From: Cycas panzhihuaensis
Lineage: Eukaryota > Plantae > Cycadophyta
Length of the DNA stretch: 64,000 nucleotides
Assembly: GCA_023213395.1 (NCBI GenBank)
Contig: CM041465.1
Coordinates: 76,577,741 to 76,641,740, forward strand
Direction of reading: 5' to 3'
Shown here: piece after piece, positions 1 to 15,181 of the stretch
How the letters are laid out: each line of letters opens with the position of its first letter
Position numbering within the stretch: position 1 is the stretch's first letter
Notes under the pieces: generated by a model
Database searches by the model: none
What the model was told of the DNA's origin: nothing
Seen by the model: only the letters and a program-made list of their open reading frames with translations
Position numbers and translations under genes: made by a program

Positions 1-268
1 GTCCTTTCTCTCTCCTTCCGCCACCCAAGGGTGGGAGGCTATTCAGTGTCGACCCGGGTTCGTCCCCACGTATCTTCGCCCCTTCGCTCAAGGTGGTGAA
101 GGGTCACCCAAGAGTAGCCATACTCCATTGCGGATCCCGAACTCGGGCTCCGCCGGGCGCTCTGCGTGGTAGTTGCTTGCCTTGTAGGTTCCACTTCCCT
201 CTGGTTTCGTCACCATCTCTCCCGCTTTATCGATCGGCGGTTATCCGTAGCAGGCGTCGGTTCTTACA
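1..268. mobile_element. Probable end (R-U5-like) of a young LTR element inserted into the family X leader; truncated by the window start
   Basis: GC/CpG-rich and hairpin-dense, ends ...TTCTTACA at 268. Similarity of the flank to the copy 2 leader (~25265 onward) begins at ~269. Partner LTR and left TSD are outside the window. Confidence 0.45.
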
Positions 269-1202
269 AGTTAATATTTTAATGAACCAAAGATATAGTC
301 CTCTTTTTAAGGCTTAACGGGAGCTTGGGGCTCAAAATATTATAAAACTATTAGTAAAAAAATTTTAGAACAATGTAAAATGGTCAAATATAATTTAGAG
401 AGCTGCTTAATATATTTTTAGTTGAAAAAAATTGAGAAATAATATATGTAAATATGCAATAATGGCAAATTGGAGGCTGTTATGTACCTCAAATTTGATG
501 GCTTTGAAAATAAAAAAACACTTTAAAACTTATAAATAATAGTTTTATTTTGAAGATGAGTGAGTTATCTTCCCAACAAAATTGATGGATCTGAATTTTG
601 ATGTAAAACATAAAAGTTATAATAGAAATGGCAGCAAGAACTTTTATGTTAAAATGTTTAAAAAATACTAAAGTGTCACTTTCATTGATTAAAATAATGA
701 TTAAAATAAATCTAAAAAATAAAACGAATAGATGGTGATGAAGTTTGCTGATAATAGATGACTGTAGAATAGATCCGGGTAGAAAATAATCTCTTGGTGA
801 TAAAATATAAACTAATAAAGAAGAGATTTTGTGAAAATAGTTTAAAAGACTCTAAAAATCACTGATTGACATTAAACTAATTGAAATTAGGTCAAATCAG
901 TTCCAAATATGGCATATGACCAGTTAAAATCATACCTTAGAAAATTTTAGATGAAATGGGATAGTTTTTATCTGAAACTAATGACCTAGTCAAAAGTTAT
1001 AGCAAAAATTTACTAAGTACTCTATGTGGAATGAAAAACATAAAAAGAAAAAATATTGTAAAGTTATGTTAGCCCGTTTAGCAATAGGCTAAGGGTCACG
1101 TGAGGTAGAATGGGATTGATGGCTAGAGTCTTGAGTGGGGTTAGGGTTATTAATCCCTAGATTTAAAATTATATGTAATTAACTTTGTTTATTTTTAAAC
1201 TT

Positions 1203-2837
<1,635 letters not shown>

Positions 2838-3485
2838 TTTTAAATTCTTAAAAAATGTCATTGTTGCCACTGTTGTCACATGCTGCTATGCTGTTGTCGC
2901 CATTTGCAGAGGGCTGTGGAGATGCCAATGCAGGGGCGGCGCTTGAGAGAGTGTAGGGATGGGTGACCTGTAAGACAAGGGTGTTGCCACCATTGTCTCA
3001 CAGAATGGAGCCACTGTCATGCTGGAGTAAGTGTCTTCATAAATGACCAAGAAGCATTCAGGAATTTTATTTGTTCATGGAAACAAAAATGTCTTACTAA
3101 ATCGGTTGTTCATCGAGGTTGCAACAAGTTTTGTGGATGAAGGTGTCCAAGAATATTACGAGACAGGGAGCCTTGGTGGGTGGAAACCACATATCTGCAA
3201 GATTTTGTTCTAATTTATATGCAAATTAATTGTTTATGTCTGTTAATTCTATAGTAGGTTCAAGCCACACACAACTCAGTTGCACTCCACTGGTGAAAAT
3301 GTTAGATGGATTAGGGCATAGGAAGGGCTTGGGGGAGTCTTATGCTTAATCTTGTGCATATATTAAAGGAAATCACAAGCTTTGTATAGAAAATAGTCCA
3401 AAGGTTTCTTCACATCACAGAAAATTGGTAGTCAGAACCTTCTTGTTTGGCGTGGTCCTCACTCTTCTACATTTGCTCTATGTGA

Positions 3486-3745
3486 TTGCACATGCATGTC
3501 AAATGGCATGTGATGACTGATTTTCCTGAAACTGAAGAGGGAGTTGCCCAATGGTGTAGAGATGCCTTTATTTGGAAGGACAATTTGTTAGATAAACACA
3601 AGGTTGATAATACATTTAGAGAATAGCTATATCAGCCAATGCATCGACCTGTCAAGCATCTACTAGTAGTTTTAGGATGCTCTTCAATTTTGCTGACCTT
3701 GGCATCAAAGCTTTTGAGTCCTTACCTTACCAGTTGGAAAGCTCC
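3486..3745 (+). pseudogene. LPAT2: Intronless fragment of 1-acyl-sn-glycerol-3-phosphate acyltransferase (LPAT2/LPAT3 type), C-terminal part
   Basis: Translates LHMHVKWHVMTDFPETEEGVAQWCRDAFIWKDNLLDKHKVDNTFRE*LYQPMHRPVKHLLVVLG, then after frameshifts LGIK and LTSWK. Matches plant LPAT2 as I recall it (VHVHIK.H.M.DLPE.DDAIAQWCRD.FVAKDALLDKH...DTF......IGRPIKSL.VV.SW...SSWK). Stop at 3624-3626. Confidence 0.85.
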
Positions 3746-4746
3746 CTGTGCACTATGTTCTAAGTGACAATGATAAAGATGAGGAGGAAGATGAGATGAT
3801 AGTGAAAGTCGTCGTCCTCTTCAAGAGCATGCTACACTGAGGAAGAATATCATTTTAGAGGATATCAAAGGAAATATATTGGTGATCTGAGAGCTCTGGG
3901 GAAATTTTTACAACAGCAATCATGGCTAAGTAGAAGAAGAAGTACATGAGGAGGCTCAAAAGAAAGTGTAAAAAAAATGAGATAGAGATCCAAGTAAGCC
4001 AAGTGACAGATCTTAGAATAACATTGAACACAAATCTCATGTCTTGTCTAGTTATTAGTGGTGCATTGTTATTGTCTTCAATATCATGGAGCATGGGATT
4101 GTTCCTAAGATAGATCCAAATGGATTTATGGATTATTTTTTTGTGTCTAAAAATAAACAGAATGATGCAATTTATTCTTATGATACCAAACTCAAAATCT
4201 TATGAGTTTATTCAAAAAACAAGGAAAGATGACAAAAGTATTGAGTTTTTTTTTTTTTTTTTAATAGTTGAAAAAGAATAATCTTCATATAATATGTATA
4301 TCGTAGAAGAGATATTTTAAAAAAATTATATTTATATAGAAAAGCATGAAAAAACTGATTATTCAATGGAGCTACAAATAAAACTAGAAAATTTTTTAAA
4401 TATTAAAGAAAGTATATCAAATAAATTATATATATATATATATATATTTATTTATATCTAAGATTTTTCAAATATACAGGAGAAATGAGAAAATATATGT
4501 TTAAATCTGAAAAAACTAAAAAGAACTTGGTATGCAGTTGTGGCAGATTTGTAGCAGATTGACCTCCAAAGATGAGATCTTCTTCCACACAAGTCGAAAC
4601 TTTAAACAAATTTCTTTAGTAGATAGATCTGCTGTAGTATATATCTTGTTAGGCTGAATATGGACCAAAACTTACATAGATTTAAAAGAAAAACTTGAAT
4701 AAATGGATCAAATATGTAGAAAAATGTCAAATATATGATAAAATAT

Positions 4747-4891
4747 GTAGATCTGGAGTAAAAGATATTGCAGATTTGAAGAAAATATTACAGATTTGGA
4801 GAAAATATTACAGATCTGAAGAAAAATATTGTAGATCTAAAGAAAATATTGTAGATTTAAAGAAAATATTATAGATTTGAAGTAAATATTA
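4747..4891. repeat. Tandem array of 6-7 units of 20-21 bp (YAGATYTRRAGAAAATATTR) in the copy 1 leader
   Basis: cagatttgaagaaaatatta / cagatttggagaaaatatta / cagatctgaagaaaaatattg / tagatctaaagaaaatattg and further units. Confidence 0.85.
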
Positions 4892-5379
4892 AATATATAA
4901 ATAAAATAAACTAGAAAATGGTCAAATATTTGATAAAATATACAGATATGAAGAATATATAGCATAGATCTAGAGAAAACTTAAATAAATATTGATTGCA
5001 GCTGTGCTCTTACATAGATCTAAAAAGGTATTAAATAAATAGATAAAATATGCCTAAAAATGGTTAAATATTTGATAAAAATATGTGAGACTTATTAATA
5101 AAACCTTCATAGAGTTATAAAAACTTGATATTTGTTGATTGTAACTATGCTCATGCACAGATCTAAAAAAATATCTAAAAAATATTTGTTATTTCACACG
5201 TATAAATCAAGAATAATTAAATTTGATTAAAAATAATGCAAGGAACTTCTAAAAAAACTTTGTAGAAGATAAATATAATTGATATTTGCTTGTTATAAGT
5301 AGATCTACTTCAAATGCCAATAAATCTTCTTTCTCCTCAAAACAACTTCAAATAAAGATGCAACAGCCCAGTAATCTCT

Positions 5380-5391
5380 ACTCTAATACTA
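5380..5391 (-). promoter_or_regulatory. Degenerate tRNA-iMet primer binding site of copy 1
   Basis: actctaatacta vs canonical gctctgatacca (three transitions), 2 nt from the LTR edge as in copy 2. Confidence 0.7.
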
Positions 5392-5393
5392 AA

Positions 5394-5775
5394 TGTAGGA
5401 AAATATAATGATGGAGAACAGTGCAGAACATAAACTCATAGTCAATATATTATTGCATAAATAGAAAATCCTTTGTATTCATTCCATTATTTTAGAGAGA
5501 GAATTACAAATGTCCAAATTGTAAGCAGTGTCTAAAGATACCAGTGTTACACACCCCTCCAAATATATAGTTTGGGGGAGGAGGAAAACTACTTAACCCC
5601 TAAAATTTAAATAATAATAAAATAATACAAACTTAACTCAAATTAACTCAAATCAACTTAACCTTACCTTATATTTACCTTCACATGTAAGCACCCACAT
5701 GTGTAAATTAGTGAGAGTGAGGTGTGTATTCTTGGTTGGAAGGTGGGAGTAGGGTGATGATCATTAACCCCAATA
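5394..5775 (-). repeat. 5' LTR of family X copy 1
   Basis: Collinear blocks with LTRs 27680-28014 and 57600-57965 (gcagtgtctaaagataccag, taaaatttaaataataataaaataata, terminal ccccaata). Confidence 0.7.
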
Positions 5776-7100
5776 TATTAGCCAATAAATAATGCTAAAT
5801 TTTTGTAAGAAATATACTATTCCAAGGCCTTCTCTCTTAGTTACTAAGTAATTTTGTTTAGCTTGAGTCAAATTTTAATTGGAAAAGTAGATAGGTAGAT
5901 CTATATTACTATCTCTTCGTTGGGTGAAAACACATCTAATAACAAACAATGAAGCATCTACATGCACATGGAAAGGTTTCTCCCAATCTGGGAACCTTAA
6001 AACTAGTGCCCATATAATTTTTTTTTTTAATAATTTAAACGCTAGTTGTTGTTACAACTTCTATTGCCATGTTGTTTTCTTTTTAGTATGGTCTTTAAAG
6101 GATTAGTTATTTGAGCATACTCCTTAATAAATTTCCTATAGTACCCAACCATGCCTAGAAATCCTTTTACTTGCTTTATTAATTTTGATGTGGGAGAATT
6201 TAAAATCACTGCCACTTTACTAAGGTTCATCAATAAGCCATCCTCTGCCACCACATGTCCTAGTAATGATCCAAATGGTACCATAAATGTACACTTTATG
6301 GGGTTTAGACACAGATTACTTCTCTGGCAGGTTTCTAGCATTAGTTATAAATTGCCAAGATATTTCTTTAGCAAAGTATAAATTGTCCAATCATCCAAAA
6401 GCATTTCTATCATCTTTCTAATTATCTGCTTAAAGATATTTAAGACCACTCTTTGGAAAGTAGCTAGAGCATTAGTCAACCCAAACAACATGACTCTATA
6501 AGCATAAGTTTCCCATTTAGTAACAAAAGTTATATTCAATTGATCTTTTAGGGCAATCCTCACTTGATTGTACTCATTAAACCTATTAGTAAATGAGTAT
6601 ACCTTATGTCTTACCACCTTCTCTAAAATGTCTTTGATAAAATGAATGCAAAAAAGATCTTTCTTTATTGCTTTATTCAGAGCTTTATAATCTATACAAA
6701 CTCTAAGCTTACCATTTTTTTGAGGGACTACCACCATTGGACTTACCCATTCACTAATTTTGACTTCAAAGAAGTTACTAACTTCTAGCAATTTGTCCAA
6801 TTCTACCTTCACCTTCTCCTTGTATTTAGGATTCATCCTATAAGGGCATTACTGAAGGGACTTTGCTCCTTTTATGAGTTCTATATGATGCCCTCCTAAT
6901 TCTAGTAGAATACCTTTTAGGTTCTTATAGGACTAGGCAAAGACATCTTTATATTCAATAAATAGTATTGTAGCTTATTGAACTATCTCAGCATCCCAGT
7001 AATCTCCCATGTTGATTATTTAGGGTTGTTTTACTATGCCTAAATTGATATGATTTAATTTAAGCTACTTCCCTTGTGCTATTTTTTCATATTGGCTTAA
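5776..7100 (-). pseudogene. Gypsy reverse transcriptase and RNase H, disrupted
   Basis: ORFs 6345-6836 and 6042-6341 carry RT motifs (FGLTNALATFQR, GFLGMVGYYRKFI). Confidence 0.9.
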
Positions 7101-8099
7101 TTTATAAGTCGAGGTTTTGTCTGTCGTCCATTCCACGTACTTCAAGGTGGATTAGGTAGAAGGAAATTTGTGTGTCTTTACGAGGACTTCTTCTTTAAGA
7201 ATAGGTTCCATTTTGTATTTTTGTTCAATGAATTCTAATTGAAAATAGTTTTTATCTACATGATTCATTTTTGTTTTAAACATGTTCAAAATTTTTTGGA
7301 TTTTCTTATCCTCACTATGGTATATAAAAATCTAACAAAATTTTATAGTCAATAAATCCCAATCCACCACTTGTGCCTTTTTGTAATGTTAATGCCATGG
7401 TACAAAAGTACCTTTAAAAGTCTAGGCCCAATGTTAGGTCCATTTAGTTTTTGAAATGTTATTTGTTATCCAGCTTTGAATAAACTTCTTTATATGTGAT
7501 TGAGAGTCATCCCCATTCTAAAACATAGGAAACTTTATTATTTGATTTTGGAATCTATTTAGAAAATTCTTACTCATTTCATCCCAAGATTTAATTTTCA
7601 CACAATGAGCAACAAATAAAAAAAAACTTGTCCTGCCAAGGACAACAGGAACAAAAAGTATAAAAATTCTTCTTGCCATTTATTTTTCAATATCTGAATA
7701 CAATGTTCCAAATGTTTTTTTAACTTGATCTATTTGAACCCAAACTTTTAGAAAAATTTCACTAATTTCACTAAATTTTTTTGGATTACCTTAAGTGATC
7801 TATAGGCTTTAATCTTCTTTTCCCTCCTCTTAGAATTTTTAGAACAAAATTTCCTTCATACTCTAAAGAATTTACGCATAATCCTAGCCCATAACAAGGA
7901 GTTGGTCTTACTTACTTCCATGCATTTTGAAGCCAATTCATCATATATGATGATGATGCATTGTTGAGCATTATTAGCTACAATTGGTATGGAGTTTTTG
8001 AATAGGGGCTTACTGTTGGTTTTATTTTTTCCATTGTGGATGGGGCCTTCTCTTCATCTTTAATCTTATTAATCTAGGGTCTATTAAAACACAAAGGTA

Positions 8100-8600
8100 G
8101 GGTTATTGCTTTATTCCTAACTAAAATCATAAATGTATGCCTCCCCCAATCTTGTATGGCATTAGTGGCTAATGACCATGGTCTTCCTAATAAAGTAGGG
8201 TAAGACTTCTTTTGGCCCTATATCTAGACTATTACAAAGTCCATCAGTACTATGATTCTAGCAACAGTAATTAGGATATTCATTAATATCCCCATTGGTC
8301 TAACCTAGATTTGATTAGCCAATCTAATTAAGTAGTCAAGGGCAACCACTTTGGACCTTCCCAAAGCTACCCAAGAAGATTTAGATAATACATTGACTCT
8401 CGATCCTCTATCCACAATTATTCTACATAACGTAGTTCTTAGGATCACCATTGGAACTCTAGAACCCATCCCATTATCATTTATTGCCCTTAATACTAAC
8501 TTTTTAATATTATCCAACACCATATTCTATAAATACTCAACCTCCTACCACTTGAAAATTGCCAAAATGGAAATTAAGACTCATAGTTCAGTGAATAAAT
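8100..8600 (-). pseudogene. Gypsy aspartic protease, disrupted
   Basis: ORF 8305-8523 CRIIVDRGSRVNVL; downstream YPTLLGRPW. Confidence 0.8.
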
Positions 8601-10030
8601 CCTTAACAGATTAAAGTCTTTACCAGGGGTTTATGCCTTATTGTTGGAATGAAGGTGCCTCAAGAATTATCCTCCTCTTGTAAGTTTGTATTTTAAATTA
8701 TTGTTCCTATTGAATCCCCTCTTGTTGGGCTTTGCTCATGGCCTCTTGAAGGATTTTCATTACTTTCTAAAATCTTTGTTTATGAATTACTAGATTTGAA
8801 AATTTTTCTTATATCAGAGTTGTTGTTGTTTTATCAGTTTGAGTCTACAAATATGTTGGCACCTCCTTATTTAGAATTATTGCAACCAAATTGGTTGTTT
8901 GAACTTTAACATTCTTTACAAATGAATTCTTACCCTTTTTTCTACAATGATCACTCTAATATATATAGTCCCCATCTCTAACATAGAAAAGTAGCAAATT
9001 AGTTTTGTCTTAACTTTGTACTACTTTCTTAGCCCTCATTCAATTTTCTAAGAAAAAACATTATAAACTTCTTGATTGCTAGAATATTAGTAATGTATAT
9101 TTGTTATGTCCCACATGGTCCCATATACACGATCATATCATGTGTTATAAATACACATATACTGTATCATATGAAGTATCTGTTGTAAAGATATTTTGTT
9201 ATGGAGTTAATTCCATTTGAGGTACCTTAAGGATATTGTTCCAATCCTGAGGTGGTTTATTTCTATTTGCTGAATATTATTATTTATGCAGGTTAGTTTT
9301 TCAACATGCCATTAGAGCCTAGTCGAGCAAGGTATTGGTTGATGAAACCCTAATTCTATTGGTGTGTGATGAGGTGGCTATGTAGAGCTATTGATGCTCA
9401 TTCCTTATGTTCGATGATTCTCGTCCCTCTTGTAGTCATTATTGAGCCTGTAGAAGCCTTGGGATTACATGAAGGTGATTTTAATCTTAGTTGAGCAATT
9501 AAGAGGTGTTTTGAGGCTACCCATGTATGGAGAGAAGTCGTGCACTTAGTTGCTAGCCCCCTGTTGATATCAAAGACTAATGAGAAAATGCAGATCTTCA
9601 TGAAGCATTAACAAAACCATAGAATAAATAATATAATATTATATCAAAGGTATGCTCATCATATAATCGCCCGATTGATAATTTAAGGCTTTTAATCTAA
9701 ATTATCCTCTCTATATTCAATGACTGGTTGGTTTTGTTGTCTTCCCTCTATTATTATATATTTTGATATATTTTGATGTGCATCCTATGTATTAATGTAG
9801 TTGACCATTCTATGTATACTTTATGTATATACCTGTTATTTTGTTTAAACACTGTTACATGTATATTATGATGTCACCTAGTGTTATCTTTTCTTACCCA
9901 TTTGCGTGAGTAACTCGCATTACCTGGTTGGTATTTTTTCACTCTGTGTAACTAATAATCACATAATACTATTGTCACTTGAATTTGATTTTTTCACTTA
10001 GCCATAAAATTATTTTTGCCCATTTACATT

Positions 10031-10574
<544 letters not shown>

Positions 10575-12219
10575 TTTCATCGTGCTGCATGGAAAATATA
10601 TTCACCCTACATCATTGCTTGGATGATTTATAATATGGTTGTGAATTTGATAATATGATCCCCTACATATGCATTTAGGGTTGACATATGGTCATGTAGT
10701 TGACTTTTCTTTTTTGAAATTCACCAAGTATATGTAGTCCTATGTTATTTATTGTATCCACCTTTGTTTTACATAGTCGTTTCTGGTTTACATGAATATA
10801 GTTTGTACTTGTGTCAAATTTGATCTCTGTGTGACATATTCATGTAGTTGTGAGATTTTGATATCGCATGTGGATAATTTGTTGAGTGTTCAAATGTTCA
10901 TTGTTTGTGTTAACATATGGTTGCACTGCCATTTCATTTTATTTAGGCATTAATATATTTTTACGTAAGTCAATATATATTATTTTTTTATTTATGTTGA
11001 GTCACCCATGAATAAGTTCACCCTTTATATATTCACCATTTGATATTTAATCTCGAGTTGCCCAACATTAATTACATTTCAATGGGCAATTTGATATATT
11101 TCATATATTTTGATATATCATATATCTTATATGTTATCCTCCTTTGAAGATTGTCTATTGATGTCCTTTTTTTCACTTTATCAAAAGTCATATTAAAGTG
11201 ATTGTTATAGAGATCTTCATTAAGATGTTTTAATATGGGGTTTTGTGAAGGTATGGACATCTATGGTATATAGGCTTTTCTTTAGTACATTTTTTCATCA
11301 TTAATGAGACTTGTTTTTAATGGTGATATATGTATAAGTTAGATGGAAACATGAGGTGTACTTAAGAAGCATATTGGTGATATGGTTAACTCTCTAACAT
11401 GTGTTTTACATAAGAGAGTAAGGTAGGTGTTATGAGGTGATGTTATGGCAACTTGATTTCTGGTAAAGAAATTGCATTAAGCACATTTCAGTTATGGGCA
11501 AGAGTAGTTGACATGAGGTATGTTTATTAGGTGATGTTGACAGCAAGTTACCTCTTTGTATGTGTGTTACATAAAAAGGGTTGATGGGCATATGTTGGGC
11601 AAGTTTGAGGGCCAGAAAGATAGTGATATAAGGCGATGAGGTGCTTATTGCATGTGAGTTATATAGAAAGATAATTGGAGGGAGTTTAAGGGCTAAGACA
11701 ACAAGATGGGGTAAGTAGAGGGCTTATTTATGGGTGATTATTATCAAGGTAATGATGATCACAAATTGATAGGAGAGCAAGTTATTTGAGCTATAAGAAA
11801 GTAAATAAACTTTATTGAATGCTATAGATCATTACTCTATTTATACATATATGGTTTATTCATTAATTGGTAATGTTTGTGGCATGAGTCATGTTTTTGG
11901 GAAATTAAGTGAAGTGTTGTGTGTTTTGGTGATTTAATGGAAATGTGTGGTGTATATGATCATTGTGAGATTTATGAGGCATTGATTTGATGAAGTTAAT
12001 GTTTTTAGATACTATATGACTATTTGGTGATATGAGAAATGGACAAGGTAATGATATGATGATGAAGTTAATGATATGAGGGACATGAAATATAAAAGTG
12101 TTTATTGAGCATGGTTAATGGGCAAGTTACTAATGTTTGTTGGGAGGTATACTTTTAATCATGGAGGAGAATGATGTGGTTATATATGTTCATGAGACAA
12201 ATGAATATTACTTAAGGGA

Positions 12220-12530
12220 TTTGAATCTTTTGATACCTAAGTATGATGGAACAACTTATTTCTTTTGGACAAATAAAATGAGATGTTTTTTCATAGCTAG
12301 AGGTTTGTGGAAACTTGTTATTGATGGATATGATATTCTTAAAGATGAAGAAGAGAGGAAAAAACTTAAGAAGAAATAAAAAGAAGAGTTTATCATAATT
12401 CTTACTATATTAGACAAGGTTGATCTTCCTTCTGTATGTTATTTTGACATTCCTAAGATTCATCAGGTAAGTATTGCTAAGGAAGCTTGGGATTTTTTAA
12501 AGGATGTATTTGAACAAACTTTTGAATACA
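12220..12530 (+). pseudogene. Copia gag N-terminal region (DUF4219/UBN2-like), truncated
   Basis: IPKYDGTTYFFWTNKMRCFFIARGLWKLVIDGY ... IAKEAWDFLKDVF. Confidence 0.85.
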
Positions 12531-13050
12531 TATAATAAATAATTGAAAAGGTAAATAAGATTAGTGACGATTATGATATAAGTAAAATAAATGAATAAAG
12601 TATTATCGACACTGATGAAATAGTGTGTCAAGAATGCTTTGATGAAATTTCTACTAAATATGAAGAAACTATGGTTGAATATATGGATAAGACAACAACT
12701 TCTATTGAATACGTTGAGAGTGATGAATCAATAAAGGTTTATTTAGATGACACTATTATTTCAAGAGAAATTAAATATGAATATGATGATATTATAGAAG
12801 ATGAGTCTTATATTGATTCAAGTCTAACTGATATTCCTACTTTGAGTATTGATTCAAGTTCAAAGAGTGTGTACAAGTCGATGAAGATTCCACTCCAAAG
12901 CTTATTGTTGTATATGGTGATTAAGAATTTATATAGGACAATGATGACAAGTAAGTTATATTTGAAGATGGTCACTTATAGGATCTACATCAACATCAGA
13001 CTAGACCATCATTGATGAAGAATTAAGATTTTCACTTACTAGAGCTGCTA

Positions 13051-13222
13051 CAACAAAGACATTACTACAGGATTAAAGATAAAAATCAAGCTAAAGATAT
13101 CATCCTACAACAAAGGCATCAGTACAAAATTAAAGATAAAAATCAAGTTGAAGATATCATTTTATAACAAATACACCACTATAAGATTAAAGACAAGGAT
13201 CAAGTTGAAGACATCATCTTCA
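13051..13222 (+). repeat. Three 57-bp tandem repeats upstream of the PPT
   Basis: caacaaagacattactacaggattaaagataaaaatcaagctaaagatatcatccta and two variants. Confidence 0.85.
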
Positions 13223-15181
13223 AGATATTTCTAAGAACAAGTTATTGTAATTTCAAATGACCCAAATGTGCATTAAGGGGGAGTGTTGGAATATTAGCAA
13301 TGCACATTTGTTATGTCCCATATGTAAGTGGATCCCTTATATACTCTCATATCATGTATTATAAATACACATATAGTGTATCATATGAAGTATCTATTAT
13401 AAAGATATTTTGTTATGGAGTTAATTCAATTTGAGGTATCTTAAGGGTACTGTTCGATCCTAAGGTGGTTTGTTTTTGTTTGCTAAATATTATTGTTTGT
13501 GCAGGTTAGTTTTTCAACATTGATTTGAATCCCTTGGGCCTAGTCTAAAGAAGCATTCCCATGTATTATAGCTAGCTCTTCTGTAATTATCACACCATTT
13601 TGTTAATCCAACATGTTCTCCCTAGATTTTTTTAAGACATAACTTCCCAATCTCTTGATTCTACTGTATGCTTATAGGAATAGACACTAGTGGCTATTGT
13701 TTCAATGCCTTTACTTCTTTTTTTAATGCTTCAATATTTGGATTTGTTCCCATTTATGGTGTCTAAATAGTTTATTGACCATTCATCAAAAAATATTATA
13801 CCCTGACTCCCTTTGTGGTGTTTGAGAAAGGGTTGGTCTCATTTGAAACATTGAGTACATTACTAATTAGGAATAAGTTGTTTTTATCCAATTCTTAAAT
13901 TTTAAAGCTAATTCCCTTACCTATTCATACTTATGCATAGGGTGTAATATGGATTTATCCCTTAATTATGGAGTTAATCCTCAAACAAAATATTTCATTG
14001 CCAACATAGGATTTATAACCACTGCTGGTTGTAATTTGTTTATTATCATTCATATTCATGCATAAAAATTATTCAATGATTATATAGGTTTCAAAGCTTG
14101 AAATATTACTACCAGATCTCTCAACTTTTGAAATTGATCCAAGAAATGAACTTGCAATTAATCCTAGTCCAAAATTTGTATAGTTACATATTGGAACCAT
14201 GCAATCGCTACCCCTCTTAACATTGAGAAAAATTGAGCTTTAATCTAATCTAGGTCTATAATTTTTTAAATTTATATTGTGTTTCAAAATAATACTAAGT
14301 GATCTTCTAGATCTATGGACCCATCAAATTGTAAACTTGTAAAAGCATAATCATTTTGTATAATAATGTAAAGGGTCATGGGCTTTGCTCCCCCTCTTGG
14401 CCTTGTTCCTTCTACTACATATTTTCTTTTTGAACTTCCTTATGGTGGTTGATTACCATCTCCTCCTATATTAGTGAACTATAATGGAGTCCCTTCTCCT
14501 CCACTTATATTTCCTCCTGGTGGTAAAGTGTCATTGCCTCTAATTATACTTCCTCCTAGTCTTGATATTATCAATTTGGAAAGAGGGTTTAATATATGAC
14601 TAAGTGGAGTTTGGATCTCAACTAGATGATGGTCCTACTCTTGATTTGTTGGACTATATAATTCTAATTTAATTAAATTTCCTTCATTCCTTGGTAATGT
14701 TGTTTCTTCCATAAGTTCCTCTTTGGTTATGTCTTGTTTTGATTTAGCACTTTCAATAAGATTATCTTTAACCACATCTTATTGTGATTTATTACTTTCA
14801 ATAGGATCCTATTCTAATGTACACTGCAAGTCATCTTCAATCTAGACTGCTTGATCTTTGATAAGTTCTTCACTTGCTTATGTGTTCACCCAGCCTTTCT
14901 TCTCCACCTCACCCTCTACACCTGACTTCTTTCCTTTTTCCAAGTGTGTTAGTAATTGCCTTTTCACCTATTTTCTAGGTTTAACTACAAATTTGGGCTT
15001 TTACGCCCCCTCCTAAAGTCTATCTTTTTCTTAACACTTCCCATGTTCATGGTGAGACTTAGATTTCCTTTCAACTATGACTCTAGGTAGTATAGAAGAG
15101 GAGCCAATTCTTTACTCAACCTTGCCCATTCTTATTTTATCACTTTAAATTTTCAAGTTCAATTAGGAAATGAAACCAATA

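Noticed and set aside
93-317. 74-aa ORF at the window start
   Set aside because: GTG start, no recognisable motif, and it crosses a probable element junction at 268/269.
9588-9621. ATGCAGATCTTCATGAAG...AAAACCATA resembling the ubiquitin start MQIFVK
   Set aside because: Only about six codons match and two gaps are needed beyond them; cannot be distinguished from chance.
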